A stretch of DNA of 58,302 nt. Source: a virus (taxonomy: Duplodnaviria; Caudoviricetes). Numbering within the stretch: the stretch's first letter is position 1; each line of letters begins with the position of its first letter. The translations under genes were made by a program, and so were the position numbers. Shown in pieces: positions 47,501-57,061 of this stretch. Under the pieces are notes generated by a model. That model worked only from the letters and a program-made list of their open reading frames with translations, was not told where the DNA came from and made no database searches. Where the stretch lies: positions 1-58,302 of the IMG/VR virus record IMGVR_UViG_3300024999_000119; one strand, written 5' to 3'.

Positions 47501-50500
47501 TTACATCTAATTTAACTGTAGGAGAGAATGAGATATTCTTTGATAATGGTGGTATTAAACAATTCATTGATGAATTGCTCTCTTCTTTAGTTGAAAGTTT
47601 TGAAAAGGATATGGGCAATTTAGATGAAACTAAACTAATTAAAGAACTAATTAGACTATCTAGAGAGTCAACTAATCCACTGACTTCATCTCTTGCTAAT
47701 ATTGCTGTTCAATCTGTATTACTTGAAGGAGATATTAATTTAATAAATAAATTAAATGATATTAAAGATGTTGATAATGTTGTTAAACAAGATAACTATT
47801 TAGAAATAACCAAACTATTGAAAAAAAGGGGGATGGAAACATCTGGTATATTCTATTCACCAATGTTTTCTGATTTTGTATCTTCTTATATTAAAGAAAG
47901 TTTATCTAAAATATATACATTCAAAGCTCCAGCTTCTTGGGTTGTATTGTCTCCAGATTTAGGTTTCTTAGAAGAAACTAATATTCAAGGAATATTTGAT
48001 CATATTCAAAAAGAAAAATTTCCATTAAGAAAGTCTATTGATAAATTAAATAATACTATCAAAGAATTAAATGATGAAAAAGAGAAGTTAGCTAGTTATT
48101 TAGATGGTAGTAAATCTGATAAATTCATTTTAGATGCTATAGATGATATAAATGAATCTATTAAGAAGAATGAAGGATGGTTAGAAAAAACTTCCAAAGT
48201 TGAAGATGTTGATAAAATGAATAAAGAAACTTGGAAAGAATTAGAAAAGATTATAGATGTTAAAAATGGTAGATTAAAAGAAGGTTATGGTTTAATATCT
48301 AAAGAATATTATGAGAAGTTTCCAATTCTAAAAAGAATGAATAAAGCGATAGTTACTGCTGTTCCTTCGGATGGTATATCAGCACAACAAGGTGTATATC
48401 TATTTCCTATTGAGACTGGAGATGAAAATATAATTAAATTGAATTCAGAACATACACAATCAAAAGTAGGAAAAGATTTTGATATTGATGTTATGAATAT
48501 ATTGTTTCCAGATGCAAGATATTTTTCTAATGATGCTTTTAATAAATATTTTGATTCTATAAATGGTTCTAATAAGAATTTAGATAAAGTATCAGCAAAG
48601 GTATATGGCAAAGTATTAGGTAAAAAGTTTAAGAATGAAGATGGTAGCATAGATCTAAAAGATTTATATTCTATGAAGACTAGATTAGAGTTTATGCAAA
48701 AGTTATTTGGAGAGAAGAAACAATCAAAAGAAGTTGAAGATTTATTGTTTGGAAGAAAAGTATTCTCTTTGATACATGATTCTTCTCCACTTCTTGATAA
48801 GTTTCAGAAATTGATTGGTATTGCAATCAATATGAGAAAAGTATTAACTATTAAAAGTGAATTAGGAATGCAATCTCAAATTGGTGGTGTAGATGTAGGA
48901 ACTGGTGATATAACACTAGCATATCTTGCATTAATGGTTTACACTAATGATATGGTTGATATTCCTACTAATACTAATGGATTATTCTATTCTTTGACTC
49001 CAGCTAAACTATATGCAAAGATTTATGGTATCTCTAAAGAATCTGCTGAAATAGCTTATGCTGTTGATAATGCGTTATTTAGATATGCTTATCAAATATC
49101 TTCTCAAAGGAATGTAGATTCTTTTACTGATGATTATTCTTTAAGTGATACTATCAAATACATTAAAAATCAAAAGAAGATTAATACTGCAATTAGCAAT
49201 AGTGATTTATCTACTCTTACTTCTTTTGTAATGAAAGAAGTAGCAGAAAGTTTAGATGAAAAACTAACTGCAGAACAAGAGAATTTGGTATATGAATATT
49301 TAGATAATGCTAGATTTTCTAATAGTGTTATGGATTCTGCTGCTCTTAAATCTGTCGAATTAATAGATACATCTATAATAAGAAACTTTGATGTTTCTCC
49401 TAAGCAAAATCAATCTTGGAATAGAGATATTATGTATGCATTCGCTAATAACTCAAAACATATTCCAATAGAAGTTAGAGAAATGATTGCTCTTATTAAT
49501 GAAAAAACTAAGAAATTAGTTGATGAGAAGAGTCCTTATTTAGAAGGATATAATTTCCTTGCATCTGAATTAGTGAAGACTACAGACCAAGAGTATAATG
49601 CTAAAATAGATAGAGCTAAAGCAATAAACACAAAGGTTGAATTAGCTATGCTAACTAGTATAGATGATACATTGGATTGGGCTAGATGGGTAGTAGCAGC
49701 ATATCTTAATCCAGTATCTATGACCAATAATCAATATGCCAATAATAAAGATGGTAAGATAAATGTAATCAAATTGAATATGAAAGCTAATAGATTTGGT
49801 ATTCAACAAGCTCTTCCTGGATTAATGTTAAAAGCTATTAATAGAGAATTAGTACCAAATGAGAATGCTAAAGTAGGACAATCAGTTTCTGTTAGAATTG
49901 ATGGTGTTACTATAAAATTTGAATTAACTAAATACAATAAGATTTCAATAACTTATGAAGGTAAAGCAGTAAAGCATTATTATAGAAATACATTGGAATT
50001 ACAAGAATCTGCTAGAAAAGGTGATAGAATAGCTAATCTTTTATTGACTAAAGCTGATACAGTAGCATTAAAGAATGAATATGCTTTAAGTAATCTAATA
50101 GATTTTAAGAAATCAACTTCTGGTGAAGATAAGTTTGAATTAGCTTCTAATTATTTAAATAAATTGATTAAAGAACGTGCTATCGACAGAGATGGTGCTA
50201 CTTTATTGTTCATATCTTTAGTTGGTGGTACTTCTGAAGGTAGTTCCTTTATGTTCAATTTAGACCATGAAAAAATAAATGAGAATGATTCTCCTACAAA
50301 CAAAACTTTATTGAGATTAGCAGCGAATACAAGATATGGAAGAGACTTCTTACAAGCATTTGCATCTATTTCTACTGAATCATTTAATGATAGTGGAATA
50401 GGAACTTCTACAAGAGTATCTAGGTCAATACAAGAAAGTAATGATATAGAAGTATGGGAAGAAGATGGCAAAATAGATGAAGGTAATAAATATATTGCTG

Positions 50501-53500
50501 ATAATATTACAGTAAATAATTATGAAGATTTAGGAAGTTTTCTTAGAGAAGATTATATATATAATATTATCAGAGATTCAAAAGTATTTATTGATGATGA
50601 TAATCCTTTGTTTTCTGTATTTAATTTTAATACTGGTAATGAAGATGTTCTGACTGCTAATTCTGTATATAACAGCACAATATTTAGACCTATTAAATTT
50701 CCTAAAAATAGAGATAAAGTTAAATTGGAGAATTTGTATCTAACTAAGATGGAAGAAATCAATAAACTTCATAAGAGTATGGAAACAAACCAAATTGTTA
50801 TCAATAGAAACATATCTCTTAGATTAGATGCTGTTATGGATCATCCTAGTGGACTTGTAGCTAAAGCAGTCAACTTTATTACAAAGAGAAGACAACAGAA
50901 AATAGAGAAAGAAACTTTTACAAAGAATGTAATAAGATTAGTGGAAGAGAATCCTTTGAATATTTCTGTTAAAACTACATATAAAAATGGAATGTACAGT
51001 TACACATTTGCTCTAACTAACAGCAAAAAAGAAAGAGTATCTGACATAAATGAATCTGAATTAGAAAATGTTATTGGTAATGAAATAAATAAACTTAAAA
51101 ATCCTAAAGAGTACCATACAATGTTAGCTTCTATTGAATTTATGAAAATGAATGCATTAGAAGTCAGATATAAAACAAATTTATCTGGATTCATTGATAG
51201 GTATGTTAATTCTTATAGGAATTTCTCTCATAGTGAAATAGTAGAATCTATTGCTGAAAAGTATAGAAGAATAGTTTCTGCTAAACCATATAGTTATCCA
51301 CATTATTATACGAAAGAAGCAATATTAGAAGTTCTTAAAAAGAATGTTGATTCTAAGTATAAAAAGAATACTGAAGAAGAGAAAGCTAATTTAGTTAAGA
51401 AATTATTTGATAAATTAACTAGAGTTGGTGAATATTATAATGGTAATGATGTATTTGATAAAGATAAATTGTATATCCAAGATTCATTTGTACCACATCA
51501 ATTAGCATCAAATAAACTGTTTACTTCACTTAAAAGTGATTTAACTTCTTTATATTGGTTAGAATATGAAACAGAAGCTATAAATAGAGGACAAGATAAA
51601 ATAATTGTCAATAGAATGAAACAGCATTTTGCTATGAATGCTGGTTATACTATGTTATCAAAAGAGAATAAATCTATTTCTAAAGTTAAGAAAGATGATA
51701 TGATTAGCTTCTATACTTATGGTCAGAAATCAGATGAAAAAATAAACTTAATAGTAGAAAAGAAAACTGATAATGGAATTTTTGGTAAGATAGATAAAGA
51801 AGTATATCTCAATACTCTTAATATGAAAATCAAATATTATGATATGCTATTAGATAAAGGATATGATGTTATAGTAACTGAAGAATTATTATATTATTAC
51901 AAAGAGTTATATGCTAAAGGAATAATAAACATTCCAAATCCACCAAAATCTGGAAAAGATTTATTATATGCAGTCTCGTCAGGATTAAAGATTGAAGTAT
52001 CAGATGAACAATTATTAGGTAGTTATTTAACATCAAGAATATTTATAAAACAAAGAGATAGCAAAGGTAACTTTATAAATATTAAAGGTGTAGAATCAAC
52101 TAAAAAGAATACTATATGGGATAAATTAGCTACAATATGGTTAACTGCTATGAGTGGTAGTATATTGGGTACAATAGTACCTGCAATAAGCAATTACATT
52201 GATGGTTATTGGTCATTGATGAATACTTTAGGTAAAACTACTATGTTGAAAGCATCATTATATGGTGGTAAGTTATCTGATGTTAATTTAGTTAAAGCTG
52301 CAAAGAATATTATAAATGAACCTACATCTCAAGGTGGATTCAAAGAATATATGGAATTAGCTGATACTCCTATCAATAGTGTGAATATAGAAGATAGAAT
52401 GGAAGTTAAGAAGCTAATTAAAGCTCATGTTATTAGATATGCTCTTCAAGAAGGATTAGTATCTTTATCTTCATTAGAAAGTAAAGATAGAAGAGTGATG
52501 CAACAAATATTAGAGAATGGTGTACAGAGTGCTGATTTTGAAAAAGCATTAGCTATTCTAACTAAGATTACTGGTGTATTAACTAGTCCTTTTGCTAAAG
52601 CTGAACAAACTATAAGATTAAAAGCTGCATATTCATTTGCATTCAAAGCTATTGTATTGGATGGTAAAACTAATTCAAATCAAATTAGAACAGAGATAGA
52701 GAATGGTGTAGCATTGACTCAAGGTTTATATGGTCAATTATATCGTAGAACTCAAGAAAGACATTCTGCTGGTAAAGTTGCAATGCAATTCCATCAATAT
52801 ACAGCATTCCAAAAGATTGTGTTTAAGTCTGATAAAGAGTTAATGAAAGAATTGAATCAAACTTGGGCTAATATATGGAGAGTAGATGGTAAGAGTCCAA
52901 TAGCAGCATTCTTTAAAGGTGGTACAGTCAATGGTGAAATTAATATGGCTAGAACTAGAGCAAGAAGATATGCTTATGATTATACTATAGGTGTTGGATT
53001 GATGACATTGTTTCCAGGAATGAGAGTAGGTAATCCTTTAATAAGAGTATCTATAATGGCATTAAGAATGTTATTAACAGCATTAGTTAATGGTAACGAT
53101 CCAGAGCCTAAAGAAGTTAAATCTTTGTTATTTGCTTTTGTTTCTTTGTTTGCTGGTTTAGGAATTTCTCTTCCTACATTTATGGTTTATAATATTATAA
53201 ATGATGAAGATAATATTGTAGATTTACATCCTAGAGCAACATCAATAATGATGAATATATGGGATATGATTGATAGAGATACAGCTAAAAATAATAGAAG
53301 TGAAATATTGCAATCTAATAAAGATTGGGCTAAAGTTGAGAAATCATTTATATTTGGGTTCAATCTATTTGCAGCCAACTATTTCACTTATGGAACAAAA
53401 GAACAAGAAGATTGGGCTAGAAGGAACATAGTATCTAAAATTACATATCAATTTGAAGATATGCCTAAGAATACTATTTCAACTGTAGGAGAATTTGTTC

Positions 53501-53553
53501 CTATATTGAATCTAATAAATGAAAAAAGAATTGAGAAATATAAAGGATATTAA
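41527..53553 (+). CDS. Giant polyvalent ejection protein with virion two-barrel (crAss-like) RNA polymerase
   Basis: GKDFDID (DFDID at 48475-48489); TDG, PVK, LGK, SSAVKV; HEGLH..EEF zincin; EGLEEVVQ N-terminal ejection motif. Confidence 0.8.
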   Translation: MSDLRNDIFSLLKEKKVLKSDYSIDTFKEKLSSSENTDLIYDVLGGGTIPKEEFYHLVNPESSQDAIAQRHNTPLEGMNWFLQAATYIGDNVVAGIEKVSGASINPGSADRASDINQHFAMATEGMFKNSWDYAKTVGLTVVRDSFDSPFTILDKALGIEKKQTANKDESKIMVEKELANSYENIHNTNTKIRNEYIATGKIDPKSTSIMASLMDSAPATVASLALSYFTKSPKASMAMFMVESGGRTGADFYAETAKRKEDGSLIPNTGNVEHGIFGTHIGIIAGLVEGGTGFEHYAAKLGTKLAGKQIAEATAGITKNAMLKKMAYNNLKDYALNSVGEGLEEVVQGGLEQWGKNYLDLRNGYDLNQLKDGFLQGAFGGLILGGGMQTVSFASDYKKTKAIQETVEKVLDKKEKLKQALKTDKNISPEEKKKLEDKLKEEQRLLKLLSEASPEEFGMHASNLVHTVTSSMEIMKRNSEAYTAFMQHKTNLYNAEIEKGYNENTYTNLMESEEEGRLAKLSAESSKRFRTLTEKFREERKNDEEFKKLSDKEQNEVINALAHTHLLNGTDSAEYKKLSEKAKELKSIKDKKQEKKDLTPDDKIEIMKLGKELTKISQEAFDLFNPIHHEMLSQGLTDANILKYSTKEEIDNAQQQIDVYNENQKRVPTIKEDIKPEVMVNKTVDLSKVLESSNPKVNKTKPELQKEAKDLGIVPEKKNKVELQEAIDNKKNEIQSNIYNAGDEEQIVNPEVTSNEEGTITLSDDQLNQLQSLMDAEKNKSNTKIDGSEFGEDGEGNKPISKTDKPQDVFEESDSEFIERRRQYARQEVIDGKGIYAVIGDNTYVSIDNRFTVNSKTGELIKDKKLLEEIKAKGKRYEAKDKSVDTQNTSSDAVEIITNILSKETWNEAATCSGTACYDVSDKIISVLSNNNIKAVKMDVNAQQLDKNGNPASKTGDHRLTVIEYNGEFYIAEIPQPAYLTYDTKNGTIAFKKGIELKSLKPIVYPFSEWINRNKPDNVYYPEIEGIERNIENIKQYIPLLERRVSERLAEVQNSNGKLPFIVKKYNKAKDELDRALNALQSDNTSNLIQSMGKEEKVSLQGSMDVIYTSVGGHLMEIQSNLHELKDGDVLTAEKLPNDIGATNIKTGLVYPYFLRIVGQNGKNYGGIPFGSVADKEISDMIDNGKEVQIHVVKSKLSSFDFTYSAKESIVPIENPISDLNFKTIADYASSLAELQDVNPNLVNLIKTSLGNVQVVSATPETVINSNGDLMGTRKALLSKDNGVYTIYVNMEKTNGREGNSIIHEGLHKFLRDSLDIKGVDNKGNSTYNKEFDLDLRAMVKEIEKQISNTEFYRKNKSDLDRIFDLNSFRRLGLKEDQIANRQAEEFLAHVFSGTSSLRGWMERTSVNVGEDSDTWFGAFKRILLKIFKKRTDSFTYLNYLESIFDYRLNTNISEIMGEVNESLMEESNDDSLTDIEKINKSAETLDNPHVIVDAVGMIAPNELDAIAYVQTLSQGEFESQLFSNEDWLKSSSFSFESEIENNPGKSHITLDKFRKHLAVNMWRRANSMMRVPTIRLKMHGKGEKRFLTVQELGVIHKDKNNVINYGWTEKNKLQERNKQIGRILGQNTELVYIDAVEFYNGSFGDVSKQDNKLLAENLYNKGYLYLGRFADKNTFAAIKLENLEEAKVKLAQLNLLYTQKASQCFQQLFQEFQEGKSKYPISLEEVQKVTNTAGDITNVARALVEDFKLGATIDEDGNLNSVLYNPNFSDTFDLIKIFKRTLDVVEQTATPTEIDEAIDKLDEKSGIVVNGKGEVDVRTAIFDAKNSSAKQTVTIGDREIEFNLMDILINELGTETTDGVVISRRDGFNKFYREIHAELYDTPVKAIITNNSKGDFSTPFLGKMAIHTTNSDALEAWMRENNIALLMSSSAVKVNLDLNKINDNGEKGSIGYANSDLLGIAQTFNIPLNNIYRQGQKKGVKDNAKGLAQSFTSNLTVGENEIFFDNGGIKQFIDELLSSLVESFEKDMGNLDETKLIKELIRLSRESTNPLTSSLANIAVQSVLLEGDINLINKLNDIKDVDNVVKQDNYLEITKLLKKRGMETSGIFYSPMFSDFVSSYIKESLSKIYTFKAPASWVVLSPDLGFLEETNIQGIFDHIQKEKFPLRKSIDKLNNTIKELNDEKEKLASYLDGSKSDKFILDAIDDINESIKKNEGWLEKTSKVEDVDKMNKETWKELEKIIDVKNGRLKEGYGLISKEYYEKFPILKRMNKAIVTAVPSDGISAQQGVYLFPIETGDENIIKLNSEHTQSKVGKDFDIDVMNILFPDARYFSNDAFNKYFDSINGSNKNLDKVSAKVYGKVLGKKFKNEDGSIDLKDLYSMKTRLEFMQKLFGEKKQSKEVEDLLFGRKVFSLIHDSSPLLDKFQKLIGIAINMRKVLTIKSELGMQSQIGGVDVGTGDITLAYLALMVYTNDMVDIPTNTNGLFYSLTPAKLYAKIYGISKESAEIAYAVDNALFRYAYQISSQRNVDSFTDDYSLSDTIKYIKNQKKINTAISNSDLSTLTSFVMKEVAESLDEKLTAEQENLVYEYLDNARFSNSVMDSAALKSVELIDTSIIRNFDVSPKQNQSWNRDIMYAFANNSKHIPIEVREMIALINEKTKKLVDEKSPYLEGYNFLASELVKTTDQEYNAKIDRAKAINTKVELAMLTSIDDTLDWARWVVAAYLNPVSMTNNQYANNKDGKINVIKLNMKANRFGIQQALPGLMLKAINRELVPNENAKVGQSVSVRIDGVTIKFELTKYNKISITYEGKAVKHYYRNTLELQESARKGDRIANLLLTKADTVALKNEYALSNLIDFKKSTSGEDKFELASNYLNKLIKERAIDRDGATLLFISLVGGTSEGSSFMFNLDHEKINENDSPTNKTLLRLAANTRYGRDFLQAFASISTESFNDSGIGTSTRVSRSIQESNDIEVWEEDGKIDEGNKYIADNITVNNYEDLGSFLREDYIYNIIRDSKVFIDDDNPLFSVFNFNTGNEDVLTANSVYNSTIFRPIKFPKNRDKVKLENLYLTKMEEINKLHKSMETNQIVINRNISLRLDAVMDHPSGLVAKAVNFITKRRQQKIEKETFTKNVIRLVEENPLNISVKTTYKNGMYSYTFALTNSKKERVSDINESELENVIGNEINKLKNPKEYHTMLASIEFMKMNALEVRYKTNLSGFIDRYVNSYRNFSHSEIVESIAEKYRRIVSAKPYSYPHYYTKEAILEVLKKNVDSKYKKNTEEEKANLVKKLFDKLTRVGEYYNGNDVFDKDKLYIQDSFVPHQLASNKLFTSLKSDLTSLYWLEYETEAINRGQDKIIVNRMKQHFAMNAGYTMLSKENKSISKVKKDDMISFYTYGQKSDEKINLIVEKKTDNGIFGKIDKEVYLNTLNMKIKYYDMLLDKGYDVIVTEELLYYYKELYAKGIINIPNPPKSGKDLLYAVSSGLKIEVSDEQLLGSYLTSRIFIKQRDSKGNFINIKGVESTKKNTIWDKLATIWLTAMSGSILGTIVPAISNYIDGYWSLMNTLGKTTMLKASLYGGKLSDVNLVKAAKNIINEPTSQGGFKEYMELADTPINSVNIEDRMEVKKLIKAHVIRYALQEGLVSLSSLESKDRRVMQQILENGVQSADFEKALAILTKITGVLTSPFAKAEQTIRLKAAYSFAFKAIVLDGKTNSNQIRTEIENGVALTQGLYGQLYRRTQERHSAGKVAMQFHQYTAFQKIVFKSDKELMKELNQTWANIWRVDGKSPIAAFFKGGTVNGEINMARTRARRYAYDYTIGVGLMTLFPGMRVGNPLIRVSIMALRMLLTALVNGNDPEPKEVKSLLFAFVSLFAGLGISLPTFMVYNIINDEDNIVDLHPRATSIMMNIWDMIDRDTAKNNRSEILQSNKDWAKVEKSFIFGFNLFAANYFTYGTKEQEDWARRNIVSKITYQFEDMPKNTISTVGEFVPILNLINEKRIEKYKGY
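44741..44850. repeat. Dispersed element, copy D (in frame inside the giant gene)
   Basis: gctctacaatc (44761-44771) equals 12361-12371; tatgggta..gagaaagtgtc as in copy B. Confidence 0.6.
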
Positions 53554-53558
53554 AATAT

Positions 53559-55499
53559 ATGCATTGTTTAAAATGTAATGAAGAAGAAGTTCAAGAAGGT
53601 TTATGCAGAACACATTGGATAGAATCTAAAGAGATAGAGTTTACAGATAATACAGATTGGGATAATCTAGGTATGATTAAATGGTTAGCCTTTATGTTCC
53701 CTGTTCATTTTAGAAATAACTTCTCTAAAGAGCATATAGAAGTATATAAAACATTATTAGAATTATATGATCCAAGATATACGAATAAATTACATAGATT
53801 GAGAGAATTGATTGCTTTCCGTTCATTTGCTAAAAGTAAGATAATTTTTGGATTTATTCTGTATGTATTAGCACATAATAATGTTAAAGTTAAAATTAAA
53901 TCTACAGATGGAATGATTTCAGAAGTAAAAATAGAAGAGAAAACTATTATTATCTTTTCTGAAACTGGTTCTATGGCAGAAGATTTTGTTGTTAATATTA
54001 GAGATGAAATATCTACAAATAAAATGTTCAAATACTTTTATCATTTTGTTGTACAGAATGCAAAAGATTCTGATACCGGTCAATGGACTAGAACAGCATT
54101 TAAGATAAATGGATTGTTTGTATTAGGATTAGGTGCTGGTATGCAAGCTAGAGGTAAAATAAAGGGTGCTTATAGACCAACATTAGTGTTCCACGATGAT
54201 ATTTATTCCGAGAATAACGTATTAACAGAAGATAGAAGATTAAAGATTAAGAATTGGTTTTATAATTCTGCTAATAACTCTGTTGATGATTTGTTGGGTA
54301 AAATATTCTTAGTAGGAACAATAGTTCATGACGATACTGTATTAGTAGAGTGTGAAAAGAGTAGCTCTTGGAAGACTCTTAAATTTTATCCTATGCCTAT
54401 ACATAAATTTAGAGAATTCATTAAACTATATCTAAAAGTCAATTTAGACAAATCTGAATGTATATTACCTTTTGAAGATGAAGAAGAATTTATAAAGATT
54501 AGAAAACAAATAGATTTCTTTAATAAATTAGAAGAAGATCCATCTTGGGAAATAACTTGGAAAGAAAGAGTTGGTTTATATTTATTAGCATCAAAATATA
54601 AAGAAGCAGTTGAAAATCAAGCAATAGCTGGATTCTATCAAGAATATTTCCATTTAACGATACCATCAGAATTAAGAAAGTTTAATGTAGAATATTTTCA
54701 AAAGATTCCTGGTGATTGGCAAATAAAGAATGAATTTGGTTATAATTGGTTTGTATGTGATAAGATGTTTGATCAACCACAAATGATTAATATAGAATTA
54801 GGTGTTGACTTAGCTTCCGGTAAAAAAGAAGGTGATAATGTAGTCATTGCCGTTATAGGTAAAACTTCTAATGGCAAGATATTCATATTAGATATTAAAT
54901 CTGGTAAATTTGCAATGAGAGATAATATGGAGAATGATTCTCCTAATTATGATAGAGTTGATAGGATATTAGAAGATATAACAATGGTTAGAAAGATAGG
55001 ATGGATAGATGAATTATTTAGATTATCTTTAGAATATAATCCAAGAGTTATCAAGATAGGTACTGGTGGAGGATTAGAACCTACAGTAGTTATTGAAACT
55101 AGAAGAGTATTTAATGCTAATGGTAATTATACAAATATTATTCCAAGAGTTCAGACTACAAGTGATGGCAATAAATTTGAAAGAATAGAAAATACATTAT
55201 TACCATTATATGAGACTATGTCTGTATATCATAGAAAAGGGTTAGATTCTTTAGAATATGAATTAGAGTTTTTAAGAAAAGCTAAGAATGATGACCATCC
55301 AGATGCAGTTGAAGTAGCAGTACATAACATTCAAAGACCTTCTCATGTACCGTATACATTATTTACTACTACAAAAGAAACAGTTAAATTACCTACATTA
55401 GGTAAGTATGCAGTTAAAGCAGGAGGAACGTATGATTGGAGAACGAATATGATTGCATGTATGATTAGTTATTCATATCTTTATAATGTATTTTTTTAA
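53559..55499 (+). CDS. terL: Terminase large subunit
   Basis: AFRSFAKS, RPTLVFHDD, VGTIVHDD, FYQEY, GVDLA, NDDHPDA. Confidence 0.9.
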   Translation: MHCLKCNEEEVQEGLCRTHWIESKEIEFTDNTDWDNLGMIKWLAFMFPVHFRNNFSKEHIEVYKTLLELYDPRYTNKLHRLRELIAFRSFAKSKIIFGFILYVLAHNNVKVKIKSTDGMISEVKIEEKTIIIFSETGSMAEDFVVNIRDEISTNKMFKYFYHFVVQNAKDSDTGQWTRTAFKINGLFVLGLGAGMQARGKIKGAYRPTLVFHDDIYSENNVLTEDRRLKIKNWFYNSANNSVDDLLGKIFLVGTIVHDDTVLVECEKSSSWKTLKFYPMPIHKFREFIKLYLKVNLDKSECILPFEDEEEFIKIRKQIDFFNKLEEDPSWEITWKERVGLYLLASKYKEAVENQAIAGFYQEYFHLTIPSELRKFNVEYFQKIPGDWQIKNEFGYNWFVCDKMFDQPQMINIELGVDLASGKKEGDNVVIAVIGKTSNGKIFILDIKSGKFAMRDNMENDSPNYDRVDRILEDITMVRKIGWIDELFRLSLEYNPRVIKIGTGGGLEPTVVIETRRVFNANGNYTNIIPRVQTTSDGNKFERIENTLLPLYETMSVYHRKGLDSLEYELEFLRKAKNDDHPDAVEVAVHNIQRPSHVPYTLFTTTKETVKLPTLGKYAVKAGGTYDWRTNMIACMISYSYLYNVFF

Positions 55500-55513
55500 T
55501 TTATGAGGATGTT

Positions 55514-56035
55514 ATGGATACAGTAGATATACCAGGTTATGAAGGTTATTATAAGATTACTCCAGATGGTTCAGTACATAGTGTTAGAAAAAATAGATGG
55601 TTAAAACCTGGTTTCCGTAACAGAATAAGTAGAAATGGCAAGAAAGGTAATACCGTAAAGCAAGTTCATCTAAGTGTAAAACCTGAAGGTATGAAATGTT
55701 ATAACATAGGAAGATTAGTAGCTCTTTCTTTTATACCAAATCCCAATAATTATCCACAAATAAATCATATAGACGGAGACTCATCTAATAATACGATTGA
55801 GAATATTGAATGGTGTACTCAAAGCCAAAATATTAAACATGCTTATGACAATGAACTTATGACTCCAAATAGAGGTAGAAGAAAGAACTCAAAAAGAGAA
55901 CAAAATATACATTTAACTAAAAATAACAAATATACAGTTGCTGTTACCCATAAATATAAAGTATATTCTCTTGGAACTTACGAAAATATTGGAGATGCAG
56001 TAAAAGCAAGAGATAATTTTATTAATAGTTTATAA
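55514..56035 (+). CDS. NUMOD4-HNH-AP2-like homing endonuclease
   Basis: IPGYEGYYKIT..G.V; QINHIDGDSSNN..ENIEW; LGTYENIGDAVKARD. Confidence 0.85.
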   Translation: MDTVDIPGYEGYYKITPDGSVHSVRKNRWLKPGFRNRISRNGKKGNTVKQVHLSVKPEGMKCYNIGRLVALSFIPNPNNYPQINHIDGDSSNNTIENIEWCTQSQNIKHAYDNELMTPNRGRRKNSKREQNIHLTKNNKYTVAVTHKYKVYSLGTYENIGDAVKARDNFINSL

Positions 56036-56037
56036 AA

Positions 56038-56211
56038 CTAACTCTTCCAACCATGAGTATAATTCACTTTCCAACTTTCACTTTTAGCAAAAGAAGAATA
56101 TAATTCTTTTAATTCTTTTGATTTGCAATTAGGACAAATCTTGTCATCTTTTGGTAACAATAATGTAAACTTATTATCACATTTAATACATTTGAATTCT
56201 TTTAATGGCAT
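56038..56211 (-). CDS. FmdB-like zinc-ribbon protein
   Basis: MPLKEFKCIKCDNKF..CPNCKS..LYS. Confidence 0.75.
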   Translation of the reverse strand: MPLKEFKCIKCDNKFTLLLPKDDKICPNCKSKELKELYSSFAKSESWKVNYTHGWKS

Positions 56212-56281
56212 TCTATTTCCTATTTTTATTGGTAATATAATGTTTTTTTTGTATTTTACCAAAAACAATAATGGAGTTAAT

Positions 56282-57061
56282 ATCAGATACTTTAAATTAA
56301 ATGGTCAATATGAAGGTGATTGGGAAATCTTTGATTCTAGAGAAGAGTTTATAGAAAAGAAAGGTAATTTACCAACATTTATGTGGGAAAGAGAATCTTG
56401 GAAAAGATGTATGGAATTTGAAACTGGTATGTGGATAGAAGCTTCTGACGGTTATATTGTACCGAGTTTAAGGAAATTCTATTCAGAAAAGAAACCATTA
56501 CAAATGATGATAAGAGTTCCTATGGGAACATTTTTCGTTTATGTTAAAAAGAATGGGACATTAGGATGGCAGAAGTTATATGCTCAATATGCTCAACAAG
56601 ATCTATATTCTTTATCACATAAACAAGCTATTCATAGAGACCCACATATTAATAAGAAGAAGGTATTATTTGCTAGTCTAATAAATCAAGGTTTAACTCC
56701 ACACGTTGCTCTTAGAGCTGCTGGTGCTATAACAAATGAAAATAATAAGACTTCAATTAATATACAATTAATGGATTGGTTAACAGATGAAAAGGTGATT
56801 CAAATGATAGTAAAAAATAATACATTCATTGATAAGATAAGAAATGATGAAGAATTCAGTGATGAAGTTATGATTAAATATGTTAAAGAATATATGAATA
56901 ATGTTAGATTAGGATCTAAGAATCATTTAGATTCTATTCCTATTCTTTTAACATTATTAGGGAAGACTCCAGTTAATGTCATCAGCACAAACAATAAGTT
57001 TGAAGGTAATATATCTGAAGCATCATATAATGATATTAAACCACCTTTGTTAGAAGAATAA
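56282..57061 (+). CDS. Possible terminase small subunit; start uncertain
   Basis: Long open frame; KKKVLFASLINQGLTPHVALRAAG HTH-like segment; near terL. Confidence 0.45.
   Translation: MRYFKLNGQYEGDWEIFDSREEFIEKKGNLPTFMWERESWKRCMEFETGMWIEASDGYIVPSLRKFYSEKKPLQMMIRVPMGTFFVYVKKNGTLGWQKLYAQYAQQDLYSLSHKQAIHRDPHINKKKVLFASLINQGLTPHVALRAAGAITNENNKTSINIQLMDWLTDEKVIQMIVKNNTFIDKIRNDEEFSDEVMIKYVKEYMNNVRLGSKNHLDSIPILLTLLGKTPVNVISTNNKFEGNISEASYNDIKPPLLEE

Noticed and set aside
46707-53378. Minus-strand ORFs inside the giant gene
   Set aside because: Antisense shadows of a biased coding strand; no RBS or motifs
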